A DNA stretch of 44,993 nucleotides from an uncultured Verrucomicrobiota bacterium (GCA_964371005.1 CAYJNU010000006.1:1-44993), one strand, 5' to 3'; counted from the stretch's first letter, positions 17,463 to 27,490 are shown. A program made the numbers and translations. The notes: a model not told the origin generated them from the sequence alone.

Positions 17463-19940
17463 TCAGATTCCTGCAGCGTAGCGCCGCAACTGATCGGCGT
17501 TGGAGCAGTCGCGAGTCACGCTGTAGCCTTTGAGCGGCAGGATGTGCTCATGGACGGCGTCAATGATGTCCACCGCGAACGGGAAGAAGGCATCCTCTAC
17601 TTCGTCAGCCGGAGTGATCCAGTTGCGCGCGCCGACGACTACAGGCGGGGCGTCCAGTTCATCAAACGCGAACTGCGCGATCTTTGCGGCCATGGTTTGC
17701 AGGGCGCTACCACGTTCGCAGGCATCCGAGGCCAGCAGGATCTTGCGGGTCTTCTTCACCGACTCGATCACTTTCGCGTAGTTGAAGGGGACGATCGAGC
17801 GGGCGTCGATCACTTCGCACGAGAGTCCCCACTTCTCCTCCAGTTGCTTGGCGGCCTCCAACGCACGGTAGAGCGTGGCGCCGATGGTCAGGATCGTCAG
17901 GTCCTTGCCGACCTTCTTGATGTCTGGCTCGCCAAACGGAACTTCGTAGTAGCCGGTCGGAACCCCGCCGACGACGAATTGTTCGGCCTCATCGTAGATC
18001 CGTTGGCTCTCGAAAAATACCACCGGGTCGGTGCCCGTGAGGGCGGAGTTCATGAGTCCCTTCGCGTCGTAAGGCGTGGCGGGGAAGACGACCTTGAGCC
18101 CGGGTATGTGGGCGCACATGCTGGTCCAGTCCTGCGAATGCTGGGCGCCATACTTGGAGCCGACACTGACGCGGAGGACCACGGGCATTTTCAGGAGGCC
18201 GCCCGACATCGCCTGCCACTTGGCCATCTGGTTGAAGATTTCGTCGCCCGCCCGCCCCATGAAGTCACAGTACATCAACTCAGCCAGCGGCCGGCCACCT
18301 TCCAAGGCATAGCCAACGGCACTGCCGACAATCGCGCCTTCGCTGATCGGCGAGTTGAAGAGGCGGTGATAGGGCAGCGCCTCGGTGAGGCCGCGATAAA
18401 CCGCGAAAGCCCCGCCCCAATCGCGGTTCTCCTCGCCGTAGGCGATCAGGGTCGGATCAACGTAGAATCGGTCGAGGATGGCCTCGAAGATGGCATCGCG
18501 GATGCCGACGCACTTGCTCTTGGGCAGTTTGTTGCCCTTGTCGTCGAACGCCGACCGGCTGCGCTGGGCCAACTGCTTGACGCGGGGATTCTCTTCCTTC
18601 GCGAGCAACACCTCGGGTTTGCGTCCGGGCTCCATGGACTCGACTTTCTGGTTCGAGAACATCGTGCGTTCGAGAATGCAGTTCTTGAGTTTAAGATCAC
18701 TGCGCGGGCTGATCTGCATGTCGGCAGCTTTCTTGAATGCCTTGAGGATCATGGCCTCGGCCTCGGCGCGGATCTGATTGATCTCTCCCCGGGTGCAGAT
18801 CTTGGCGTCAACGAGTTCCTGCGCGAAGGTGACAATCGAGTCTTGCTGGCGCCAGGCATCAACTTCCGATTTTTCGCGATAGCTGGAGGCGTCTGAAGGC
18901 GAGTGACCAGAAAAACGGTAGGTGATGGTATCAAGCAGCACGGGGCCGTTCTTCTCCTCGAGTAGCTTCTTCTTGCGGGCAATGGCGTCCACGACGGCCA
19001 ACGGGTTGTAGCCGTCCACGCGTTCGGCGTGCATTTGTTCCGGATTGACCCCGGCGCCCAGGCGGGCGAGGACTTTGAAGCCCATGGTTTCGCCCACCGG
19101 CTGCCCACCCATGCCGTAGAAATTATTGACGAAATTGAGAATGAGCGGGAGCCCGCCGCGATGGGCTTCATCCCAGAGCAGTTTGAACTGGTCCATCGTG
19201 GCGAAGCAGATGCCTTCCCAGACCGGACCACAGCCAGCCGAAGCATCGCCGATGTTGCAGATGATGATCCCGGGCTTTTGGTTGACGTGCTTGTAAAGGG
19301 CCGCGCCGACGGAGATATCGCCCGAGCCACCGACGATGGCGTTGTTGGGCATGACGCCGAATGGCGGGAAGAAGGCGTGCATGGAACCACCCATACCCCG
19401 GTTGAAGCCATAATCCTTCGCGAAGATTTCCGCCAGCGTGCCGTAAACCAGATAGTCCATCGCCAGGTCCTGCGTGGACCCGGTGGCGTCCTTCTCGACG
19501 ACGCGCAACGTGTCGCCGCCGAAGTAACCGCGCATGATCTTGAGCAGGGCGTCGTCGGAGAGCTTGGCGATGGCGGAAAGGCCCTTGGCGAGGATGTCGC
19601 CGTGGCTGCGATGCGAGCCGTAAATGTGGTCCTCCACGCCGAGGATGTAGGCTTGGCCGACGGCAGAGGCTTCCTGGCCCATCGAAAGATGCGCGGGACC
19701 GCGGTGGTTGTATTCGATGCCCTGGAAGCTGCCGCGGAGCTTGATCTCGTTGAGCATGTTCTCGAAGGCTCGAATGATCTCCATGTCGCGCTGGATGCGA
19801 AGGAGGTCCGCCTTGGAGAAGCGCTTGGCAGCAAACTCCTCCTTGCAGGTCCTCTTGTATTGGTTGATCGGGATCGGGGCGAATTCGATCTGACCGGGCC
19901 GGCGGCTTTCAACGGGGCAAACGATTTGACTCTTGGGCAT
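17463..19940 (-). CDS. TPP-dependent 2-oxoacid/acetoin dehydrogenase-type E1, fused alpha+beta subunits
   Basis: Alpha: [38 protein letters not shown]. Beta: [43 protein letters not shown]; 825 aa. Confidence 0.9.
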   Translation of the reverse strand: MPKSQIVCPVESRRPGQIEFAPIPINQYKRTCKEEFAAKRFSKADLLRIQRDMEIIRAFENMLNEIKLRGSFQGIEYNHRGPAHLSMGQEASAVGQAYILGVEDHIYGSHRSHGDILAKGLSAIAKLSDDALLKIMRGYFGGDTLRVVEKDATGSTQDLAMDYLVYGTLAEIFAKDYGFNRGMGGSMHAFFPPFGVMPNNAIVGGSGDISVGAALYKHVNQKPGIIICNIGDASAGCGPVWEGICFATMDQFKLLWDEAHRGGLPLILNFVNNFYGMGGQPVGETMGFKVLARLGAGVNPEQMHAERVDGYNPLAVVDAIARKKKLLEEKNGPVLLDTITYRFSGHSPSDASSYREKSEVDAWRQQDSIVTFAQELVDAKICTRGEINQIRAEAEAMILKAFKKAADMQISPRSDLKLKNCILERTMFSNQKVESMEPGRKPEVLLAKEENPRVKQLAQRSRSAFDDKGNKLPKSKCVGIRDAIFEAILDRFYVDPTLIAYGEENRDWGGAFAVYRGLTEALPYHRLFNSPISEGAIVGSAVGYALEGGRPLAELMYCDFMGRAGDEIFNQMAKWQAMSGGLLKMPVVLRVSVGSKYGAQHSQDWTSMCAHIPGLKVVFPATPYDAKGLMNSALTGTDPVVFFESQRIYDEAEQFVVGGVPTGYYEVPFGEPDIKKVGKDLTILTIGATLYRALEAAKQLEEKWGLSCEVIDARSIVPFNYAKVIESVKKTRKILLASDACERGSALQTMAAKIAQFAFDELDAPPVVVGARNWITPADEVEDAFFPFAVDIIDAVHEHILPLKGYSVTRDCSNADQLRRYAAGI

Positions 19941-19967
19941 GGTTACAACTCCAGTTCAACTCAGGTT

Positions 19968-20729
19968 TCAGGTTTCGGGATAGTCCACTTGAATGCCGCG
20001 GGCGCTGAGGAATTCCATCCACTCCGGGCTCGGCGCCTGGTCGGTCACGATCCGGGAGACGGAACTCCACTCCACCACTTTGCAGAGCGACGCGGCGGTG
20101 AACTTGGTGTGGTCCACGAGCAAAACGGTCTGGCGGGCATTGCGAACGGCGCGGCGATTGAGGTCGGCGCTCTCCAGATCCGCGGCAGCCGGCCCGAAAT
20201 CACGGTCCAGCCCATCGGCCCCGATAAAGCAGACGTAGCCGCGGAGTTGGTCGAGCGTGGCGGCCGCGAGCAGCCCGACGGTGTCCATGCGATCGGGGCG
20301 ATACTGGCCACCCAGCAGGATCACCGAGACGCCCGGGCTGTCGAGTTCGAGCGCCAACCGCGCGGAAGAACAGATGATCGAGAGCCGCTGGCGGGTCTTG
20401 AGGAACGGGATCAACTCAAAGCAGGTGGTGCCGGAGTCGAGGAAGATCTGCTCGTCGTTACCGATCAAGTCGGCGGCGAGGCGCGCGATCACGCGCTTGG
20501 CCTCCACGTTGCGTTTGCCCTTGGAATGGAAGGAATGGTCAGACGCACGCCGCAGCGTCGCCCCGCCGTAAACGAGTTCCACCTCCCCGGCGGCGGCCAG
20601 GGCTTTGAGGTCGCGGCGCACGGTTGCTTCCGAGGCGGACATTTCGACGGCCAGGTCTCTGGCCGTGACATGACGCTTTTCGGAGACGGCGGCGAGTATC
20701 TTCTCGCGGCGTTGACGGAACGAATTCAT
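19968..20729 (-). CDS. DeoR/GlpR-family transcriptional regulator
   Basis: HTH SEATVRRDL, YGGA, IFLDSGTT, LLGG, LVDHTKF, IVTD. Confidence 0.95.
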   Translation of the reverse strand: MNSFRQRREKILAAVSEKRHVTARDLAVEMSASEATVRRDLKALAAAGEVELVYGGATLRRASDHSFHSKGKRNVEAKRVIARLAADLIGNDEQIFLDSGTTCFELIPFLKTRQRLSIICSSARLALELDSPGVSVILLGGQYRPDRMDTVGLLAAATLDQLRGYVCFIGADGLDRDFGPAAADLESADLNRRAVRNARQTVLLVDHTKFTAASLCKVVEWSSVSRIVTDQAPSPEWMEFLSARGIQVDYPET

Positions 20730-20820
20730 GACTCTTGTCGAGGCTCGGCATGCCAGCGACGCTGCTTTCGGTGCGGATTAAACCTGATCCTGACGGAGAA
20801 TCAACATAATTGTACAGAAA

Positions 20821-20862
20821 TCTGATTGACTTGTGACCGTCTCTGACCAAGTCTTGACCCAG
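20821..20862. promoter_or_regulatory. Candidate DeoR-type operator: four helically phased direct repeats in the divergent promoter region
   Basis: TGA(C/T) cores at 20823, 20834, 20844 and 20855 (spacing 11/10/11 bp; the last three are TGACC) in an AT-rich gap; a minus-strand TACAAT -10 candidate lies at 20809-20814. Confidence 0.55.
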
Positions 20863-20896
20863 ATAAGTATCAAGTTAATCACGATACCGGTTTAAC

Positions 20897-22441
20897 ATGC
20901 CAACACTTACGCTGCCAAAGACAGGCAAGTCCGCCCCGAACGCCACGGTCCTCCGCTGGCGAAAGCAGGTGGGCGATGCGGTCCGCAAAGGAGATGTCCT
21001 CTTGGAAGTCGAATCCGACGACGGGCTGGCCGAAGTCGAATCGGCCCTCGAAGGCATGCTCCATAAGGTGCTCGCGCAAGTGGGCGTAACCCTGCCCATC
21101 GGATCGCCCTTGGCCGTGATTGATGGCGCGGCGATTCCGCCGTCCGCACCGTCCGCACCCTCCACTCAGCCAACCCAACCCAAGACCACCCCCGTGTTCA
21201 CCCCCAATCCTCCCACCGGTAAGGTGATTCCAATTCTCATGCCCAAAGCCGGGCAAAGCATGGAAGAAGGCGTCCTCGTCAAATGGCATGTGCAACCCGG
21301 CGCGACCGTCCAGAAAGGCGCGCTCCTCTTCGAGATTGAAACCGACAAGGCAACCATGGAGGTCGAAGCCACGGATGGAGGGCGGCTGGCGCGCATCGTC
21401 GTCGCGGACGGCGGCTCCAGTCCGGTGCTGTTGCCGGTCGCTTATCTGGCGGACAATGATTCCGATGTGGATGCGTTCATCGCCGCCCAGGGCGGCGCGA
21501 CACCTACGTCCGCTGTCAGCGCCGCGCCCGTGACGGACGCCGAGAAGCCGACCGCAGGCGTGATCGCCCCGGCTGCCGTCACCGAGACAGGCCGCGTGAA
21601 GGCTTCCCCAGCGGCGCGCAAGATCGCGAGTGAACGCGGCGTTGATTTGTCGGCGGTCGCGCAAGGATCGGGCCCGGGCGGGCGCATTCTCTCGACCGAT
21701 GTTCCCGCCACCGCCTCGGCGAAGCCTGCCGTTGCCCCTCCGGCGACGGCCGTCCCGCAAGGCGAATTGCCGGTCGGCGTGGTGCGCAAGCGAATGAGCA
21801 ACATGCGCAAAGCCATCGCCCGCAACTTGACGCTTTCCAAAACCACCATCCCGCACTGGTACATCAACGCCCGCATCAATGCCGGACCATTGATGACCTT
21901 CTACAAGAGCCAGAAAGCCAAGGTCGGGTGCAGCGTGAACGACGTGATCGTGATGGCGTGCGCCAAGGCGATCATGGAATTCCCGGCCATGCACAGCCGC
22001 GTGGACGGCGAAACCGTGCTGGAGTTCCCGGGCGCGAACATCGGCGTCGCGGTGGGGATGGATGAGGGACTGGTCGTGCCAGTGGTGATGAACGCCGAGT
22101 TGCTGACGCTGGCGCAATTGGCGACCGAGACGAAACGGCTGGCGAACCAGGCCCGCGCGGGCAAGATCGAGAACATGGGGCTGGGCATCTTCACGATCTC
22201 GAACCTCGGCATGTTCGGCGTGGACGAATTTGTGGCGATCATCAATCCACCGGAGGCGGCGATCCTGGCGGTCGGCGTCGTGCGCGAGGATGTGATTGTG
22301 AAGGACGGCGCGATCAAGGCCGGGCACACGCTGAGCCTGACCCTCAGCGCCGATCATCGGCTGATTGACGGAACGTTGGGCGCGCAATTCATGGCGCGGC
22401 TCAAGGCGCTCCTGGAAAACCCGGTGCAATTGATCGCCTAG
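20897..22441 (+). CDS. Dihydrolipoamide acyltransferase (E2) with two lipoyl-type domains
   Basis: Lipoyl domains (ESDDG; ETDKA), E3-binding ASPAARKIA..GSGPGGRI..DV, catalytic FTISNLG and ADHRLIDG. Confidence 0.93.
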   Translation: MPTLTLPKTGKSAPNATVLRWRKQVGDAVRKGDVLLEVESDDGLAEVESALEGMLHKVLAQVGVTLPIGSPLAVIDGAAIPPSAPSAPSTQPTQPKTTPVFTPNPPTGKVIPILMPKAGQSMEEGVLVKWHVQPGATVQKGALLFEIETDKATMEVEATDGGRLARIVVADGGSSPVLLPVAYLADNDSDVDAFIAAQGGATPTSAVSAAPVTDAEKPTAGVIAPAAVTETGRVKASPAARKIASERGVDLSAVAQGSGPGGRILSTDVPATASAKPAVAPPATAVPQGELPVGVVRKRMSNMRKAIARNLTLSKTTIPHWYINARINAGPLMTFYKSQKAKVGCSVNDVIVMACAKAIMEFPAMHSRVDGETVLEFPGANIGVAVGMDEGLVVPVVMNAELLTLAQLATETKRLANQARAGKIENMGLGIFTISNLGMFGVDEFVAIINPPEAAILAVGVVREDVIVKDGAIKAGHTLSLTLSADHRLIDGTLGAQFMARLKALLENPVQLIA

Positions 22442-22452
22442 CGGAATTGAAC

Positions 22453-23874
22453 ATGAGCAAGCACTACACGATTGCCGTTCTCGGTGCGGGGCCGGGCGGA
22501 TATGTGGCAGCCCTGAAAGCGGCGCAAATGGGCGCGAGCGTTGCCCTGGTCGAGAAGGAGCACCTCGGCGGCACCTGCTTGAATTACGGCTGCATCCCCT
22601 CGAAGGCGATTCTCGGATCGGCCGAGTTGATGCATCACATCCAGCACGCGGCGGATATGGGGATTGACGTGCCGGCCGGCGCGGCCGGGAACTGGGCGAA
22701 GATTCAGTCACGCAAGGACAAGGTCCTGCAAACCCTCCGGGCGGGCATCAAGGGCCTGCTCGCGGCGCGGAAGGTCACGGTCTATCAGGGCCGTGCAACC
22801 CTCGCCGGTACGGGCAAAGTGGCGGTCGCCAAACCGGCCGGTGCGGCCGAAGAATTCACGGCGGACAAGATCATCCTCGCGGTGGGATCAGTGCCGTCCC
22901 GGATTCCGGGGTGGCCAACCGATGTCAACATCGTCTGCACCAGTGACGAGGCGCTCCACTGGAAGACGCTGCCCAAGAAGCTGCTCATCGTGGGCGGCGG
23001 CGTCATCGGGTGCGAGTTCGCGTGCATGATGCAGGCGCTCGGCGTGGCGGTGACGGCGGTCGAAATGTTGCCGCAGCTTTTGCCGAACTTGGACGGCCAG
23101 GTGGCGCAATTGCTGACGAAGATTCTCACCGCGCGCGGCATCAAGATTTTCACCGGCGTGAAAATCGAGAACCTGACCTTGGGCGGGGCGGGGGCGATGG
23201 CGAAGCTCGGCAATGGCGAGACCATTGACGCGGAGCGCGTGCTCGTAGCGACAGGCCGGCGGCCGAATACGACGGAACTGGGGTTGGAAACCATCGGACT
23301 GACGACCGAGCGCGGTTTCATCCGGGTAAACGACCGCATGGAGACGGCCGTGAATTCATATTACTGCATCGGCGACGCCAACGGGCGCTGTCTCTTGGCC
23401 CATGCAGCTTCGGCGCACGGTGTCGCGGCGGTCGAGAATGCCTTGGGCCAGGGACATGAATTCAAAGCGCCGATCCCGAATGCGGTTTACACGTTCCCCG
23501 AAATCGGCACCGTGGGCTTGACGGCGGACGAGGCGAAGGCCAAAGGCATGCCCGTGTCGGTCGGCGTGTTCCCGTTGTCGCATCTGGGCAAGGCGCTTGC
23601 GGTGAATGACAATGAAGGATTCGTGAAAGTGGTGCGGCATCGCGAGACCGGTCAACTCCTGGGCGTGCACATGATCGGGCACAACGTGACCGAGTGCATC
23701 GCCGCCGCCGGGGCGCTGCTGCACCAGCAGGTCAGCGTGCAAGCCGTGGCGGAAACTGTCTTCGCCCATCCGACCATCAGCGAGTCCATCAAAGAAGCCG
23801 CCGAGGACGCCCTGGCCATGGGACTGCATCTGCCGCCGCGTAAGATGTTGCGGGTGGCGGCTACGGTTCAATAG
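22453..23874 (+). CDS. lpdA: Dihydrolipoamide dehydrogenase (E3)
   Basis: GAGPGGY, GGTCLNYGCIPSK redox disulfide, GGGVIGCE, ATGRRPN, LAHAA, HPTISE. Confidence 0.94.
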   Translation: MSKHYTIAVLGAGPGGYVAALKAAQMGASVALVEKEHLGGTCLNYGCIPSKAILGSAELMHHIQHAADMGIDVPAGAAGNWAKIQSRKDKVLQTLRAGIKGLLAARKVTVYQGRATLAGTGKVAVAKPAGAAEEFTADKIILAVGSVPSRIPGWPTDVNIVCTSDEALHWKTLPKKLLIVGGGVIGCEFACMMQALGVAVTAVEMLPQLLPNLDGQVAQLLTKILTARGIKIFTGVKIENLTLGGAGAMAKLGNGETIDAERVLVATGRRPNTTELGLETIGLTTERGFIRVNDRMETAVNSYYCIGDANGRCLLAHAASAHGVAAVENALGQGHEFKAPIPNAVYTFPEIGTVGLTADEAKAKGMPVSVGVFPLSHLGKALAVNDNEGFVKVVRHRETGQLLGVHMIGHNVTECIAAAGALLHQQVSVQAVAETVFAHPTISESIKEAAEDALAMGLHLPPRKMLRVAATVQ

Positions 23875-23907
23875 GATTGCCCTTGACCGCGCCGATTCTC
23901 ATTCTTG

Positions 23908-24015
23908 CGGAGCGCGGCTGTGTGCGGAGCACCAGCCGCAGCGCGTGGAAGCGCGGCACCGCCTGGAATAGCGCGGCCTTGCTGCGGCTGGTCGGGACGA
24001 CACAGCCGCGCTCCG
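23908..24015. repeat. REP-like inverted doublet (REPIN-type palindrome)
   Basis: Perfect 16-bp inverted repeat CGGAGCGCGGCTGTGT (23908-23923) / ACACAGCCGCGCTCCG (24000-24015); inner perfect 12-bp inverted repeat ACCAGCCGCAGC (23931-23942) / GCTGCGGCTGGT (23981-23992); each arm can also fold on itself (GCGGCTG..CAGCCGC). Confidence 0.8.
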
Positions 24016-24089
24016 GGTCAAGATGAGGATTGACGCGGTGACCGAGCCGGGTTCGCCCACGAAGAATTCAGACCAGTTGGAACATCGTT

Positions 24090-25379
24090 ATGTCGCAACA
24101 CGCCGCCGAAGCCCTCGCTTTTCTCAAAGGACTGGGAACGCCCCCGGACCTCGCCGCCCAAGTGCGCGCGGGCGGTCCCCCGATGGCGCGGTTGAAGGTG
24201 AATAGCCACATTCATCTGCCGCCGAATTTCTCCGCGTTTCAAACCGTGGCGCAGGCCCTCGAACTTTCGGCTGCCCAAGGCATCGGCGTGTTGGGCGTCA
24301 GCAATTATTACGACTACGATGTCTATGGCGACTTCGTCGTCGGCGCCCGCAACGCCGGCATCTTCCCCCTCTTCGGGCTGGAGATCATCTGCCTGATTGA
24401 CGACCTCGTGAAACGGGGCGTGAAGCTCAACGACCCCGGCAATCCCGGCAAGCTCTACATCTGCGGCAAAGGCATCACGCGGTTTGCCCCGTTCAACGCC
24501 GAAGCCACCCGGCTGCTCGGCCTTATCCGCCACAATGACAGCACGCGCATGCGCGAGGTCGTCCGCAAGCTGGCCGAAGTGTTCGCCCAGCGCGGATTGG
24601 CCATCCCGCTGACGGAGGCCGATGTCATTGACATGGTCGCCCGGCGTCACGAGTGTCCGCGCACGCGCATCTATCTCCAGGAACGCCACGTCTGCCAGGC
24701 GTTTCAAGAAGCGATCTTCGCCAAGGTGCCCGTCGCCGAACGCCTCGACAAACTCACCCGCGCGTTTGGTCTGGCCGCGCCACCGAAGTTTGGCCCGGAG
24801 GACGCCGTCAAGATTCAGAACGAGATTCGCGCCCAGCTCATGAAGGCCGGCAAACCGGCGTATGTCGAGGAAACCTTCGTCAACTTCGAGCAAGCCTGGC
24901 GGTTGATCCTCGAATTGGGCGGCCTCCCGGCGTATCCCACGCTGGCCGACGGCACCAGCCCGATTTGCCCGTACGAGGAGCCGGTGGAGAAGCTGATCGC
25001 GGAACTCCAGGTGCGCGGGTTCCTCGCGGCCGAGTTCATCCCCATCCGCAACACGCCGGAAGTGCTGAGCCGCTACGTCAAGGCGATGCGCGCCGCTGGC
25101 TTGGTGATCACCGCCGGCACCGAGCACAACACGCTCGACCTGCTCCCCATCGAGCCTGCCTGCCTGAAGGGCGTCCCGGTGCCCGAGGACGTGAAGGAGA
25201 TTTTCTGGGAAGGCGCCTGTGTCGTCGCGGCGCATCAGTTCCTGACACTGCACGGCGAGTGCGGTTTCGTGGACGCCCAGGGGCAACCGAATCCGAAATA
25301 CCCGGATGCGGCGACCCGCATTGCGGCGTTCAAGGCCCTGGGCGAGGCAGTCATTCAACGGTATTTGAAATCCAAGTAA
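24090..25379 (+). CDS. PHP-domain metal-dependent phosphoesterase-like protein
   Basis: VNSHIHLP (HxH), GVSNY, FGLEI, LAYPT, TAGTEHN metal-ligand-like motifs of the PHP barrel. Confidence 0.7.
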   Translation: MSQHAAEALAFLKGLGTPPDLAAQVRAGGPPMARLKVNSHIHLPPNFSAFQTVAQALELSAAQGIGVLGVSNYYDYDVYGDFVVGARNAGIFPLFGLEIICLIDDLVKRGVKLNDPGNPGKLYICGKGITRFAPFNAEATRLLGLIRHNDSTRMREVVRKLAEVFAQRGLAIPLTEADVIDMVARRHECPRTRIYLQERHVCQAFQEAIFAKVPVAERLDKLTRAFGLAAPPKFGPEDAVKIQNEIRAQLMKAGKPAYVEETFVNFEQAWRLILELGGLPAYPTLADGTSPICPYEEPVEKLIAELQVRGFLAAEFIPIRNTPEVLSRYVKAMRAAGLVITAGTEHNTLDLLPIEPACLKGVPVPEDVKEIFWEGACVVAAHQFLTLHGECGFVDAQGQPNPKYPDAATRIAAFKALGEAVIQRYLKSK

Positions 25380-25385
25380 CTCATT

Positions 25386-27434
25386 ATGGCATCCAGCATT
25401 CAATGGCCCGACTTTCCAGCCACCGACACGCCGATGGACGTGCTGGTGAAGCTCTCGCATTTCTACGGCGCGGACCCGGAGTTCGTCCTGGCCGGCGGCG
25501 GAAACACGTCCGTCAAGGTCGGGGACCGGTTGTTCGTCAAAGGCAGCGGTCACGCCCTGGCCACCATACCGCCCGAGGGATTTGTCGAGATGGATCGCCA
25601 GCAACTGGAATCCCTGTTGAACAGCACGCTGTCCGAGGAACGGATGGCGCGCGAAGCGGAGTTCAAGGCCGCCACGCTGGCGGCACGCGTCCACCCGGAG
25701 AAGAACCAACGCCCAAGCGTCGAGGCGCTGCTCCATCACCTCATGCCGCGGCAATACGTAGTTCACACGCACAGCACATGCGTGAACATGGTGACCTGTT
25801 GCGTTCGAGGGGCCGAATTGGCCCGGCAACTGGCTGGCGACGTCGTCTGGATAGGCGACGTGGATCCCGGTTACGTCCTCTCCCGGGTACTGCGGCAGTC
25901 GTTGGAGGATTTCAAGAAGGCCACCGGTCGCGATTGCCCGCGCGCGGTGCTCATGAAGAATCACGGGTTGGTCATCTGCGGCGATACTGCCGAGGAGATT
26001 CGCGAGCACACGGACTGGCTTGTCGAAACGATCCACAAACATTTCGCGGTCGCCGGTTCCGGACCCGCCTTCGGCCCGGTCACGAAGCTGGACTCCGCGC
26101 CCGCCCGCAGCCTCATCCAGGTCATCGGCCCCGCCCTGCGCGGATTGCTGGCGACGAGCGAGAACCTGAAGCTCGTCACGTTTTCGGATGCGCCGGAGGT
26201 GATGGACCTTGTTGGCGGCGCTGAGGGCAAGGCCGTCGCCACCGCCGGCCCCCTCACGCCGGACCAGATCGTTTATTGCAAGTCCTTTCCGCTTTGGTTC
26301 GAGCCGGCGGCTGACGCCGCGCCGGCGGCCTTGGTGGAACAACTTCGCCAAGCGATCCAGGAACACAAGAACCACACCGGCTCAGCTCCGCACGTCATCC
26401 TGGTGCGTGGACTCGGCATGTTCACCGCCGGCGACGACTTTGCGGGAGCTGACACGGTGCGTTTGGTGTACACAGACGCCATCAAGGTGATGGCTGGCGC
26501 GCGCCGGCTCGGCGGGATTCGCTACATAGACGACGGCATGCGGCGGTTCATCGAGGATTGGGAAGTCGAGTCGTACCGCAAGAGCGTCAGCGCGGCGGGC
26601 CGGGCCGGCGGACGCGTAGCCGGCAAGGTTGCCCTGGTCACCGGCGCGGCCCAGGGGTTTGGACTGGAGATTGCGCAGGATCTGATTGCGCAGGGGGCGA
26701 CTGTGGTGCTGACCGATGTCAACGCGCAGGGCGTGCAGGCGGCGGCGGATCGGATCAACGCGCAACTGGGCAAGCCCCGCGCGATCGGCTTGCCGATCAA
26801 CGTGACCGATAGCGCCTCGGTGGCTGAGGCGCTTTACCAGGTCGTCCGCTGTTTCGGTGGGCTCGACGTATTCGTGTCGAACGCCGGCGTGCTCAAAGCG
26901 GGCAGCGTGAAGACACAGCCGGAGAAGGATTTCGATTTCGTCACCACGGTGAACTACAAGGGATATTTCGTCTGCGTCCAACAGACCGCCCCGATTTTGG
27001 CCACGCAACACCTGGCCAAACCGGGTTATTCCTCGGACATCATCCAGATCAATTCCAAGTCCGGCCTCGTGGGCTCGAACCGCAACGGCGCTTACGCCGG
27101 CAGCAAATTTGGCGGCATCGGCCTGACGCAGTCCTTCGCGCTCGAACTCGTGGAGGATGGCATCAAGGTGAACTCCATTTGCCCCGGCAACTTCTTCGAC
27201 GGCCCGCTGTGGTCCGATCCGGAGAACGGCCTGTTCGCCCAATACCTGCGCAGCGGCAAGGTGCCGGGCGCCAAGACGCTCGCGGACGTGAAGCGATTCT
27301 ACGAAGCCAAGGTGCCGATGAACCGTGGCTGCACCGCGGCAGACGTGGTGAAGGCCATCTATTACCTCATTGACCAGCAATACGAAACCGGCCAGGCGCT
27401 GCCTGTGACGGGCGGCCAGGTGATGCTGGCCTAG
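25386..27434 (+). CDS. Bifunctional class II aldolase / short-chain dehydrogenase (RhaEW-like architecture, SrlD-like SDR)
   Basis: Aldolase: GGGNTSVK, KGSG, RPSVEALLH, VHTH, KNHGL. SDR: TGAAQGFG, SNAGV, IIQINSKSG..GS..N.AYAGSKFGGIGLTQSFALEL, as in sorbitol-6-phosphate dehydrogenase. Confidence 0.88.
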   Translation: MASSIQWPDFPATDTPMDVLVKLSHFYGADPEFVLAGGGNTSVKVGDRLFVKGSGHALATIPPEGFVEMDRQQLESLLNSTLSEERMAREAEFKAATLAARVHPEKNQRPSVEALLHHLMPRQYVVHTHSTCVNMVTCCVRGAELARQLAGDVVWIGDVDPGYVLSRVLRQSLEDFKKATGRDCPRAVLMKNHGLVICGDTAEEIREHTDWLVETIHKHFAVAGSGPAFGPVTKLDSAPARSLIQVIGPALRGLLATSENLKLVTFSDAPEVMDLVGGAEGKAVATAGPLTPDQIVYCKSFPLWFEPAADAAPAALVEQLRQAIQEHKNHTGSAPHVILVRGLGMFTAGDDFAGADTVRLVYTDAIKVMAGARRLGGIRYIDDGMRRFIEDWEVESYRKSVSAAGRAGGRVAGKVALVTGAAQGFGLEIAQDLIAQGATVVLTDVNAQGVQAAADRINAQLGKPRAIGLPINVTDSASVAEALYQVVRCFGGLDVFVSNAGVLKAGSVKTQPEKDFDFVTTVNYKGYFVCVQQTAPILATQHLAKPGYSSDIIQINSKSGLVGSNRNGAYAGSKFGGIGLTQSFALELVEDGIKVNSICPGNFFDGPLWSDPENGLFAQYLRSGKVPGAKTLADVKRFYEAKVPMNRGCTAADVVKAIYYLIDQQYETGQALPVTGGQVMLA

Positions 27435-27490
27435 CGTGTTTTCGACTGACGAACAACCAGGACTGCCCCGCTGAACTACAGAAACAAGCA

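Noticed and set aside
19029-22711. Long ORFs 19029-20825 (+) and 20879-22711 (-)
   Set aside because: Antisense to E1/DeoR and E2, which have clear family motifs
24018-26375. 785-aa minus-strand ORF
   Set aside because: Antisense shadow of the PHP and aldolase-SDR genes; no motifs, typical of high-GC codon bias
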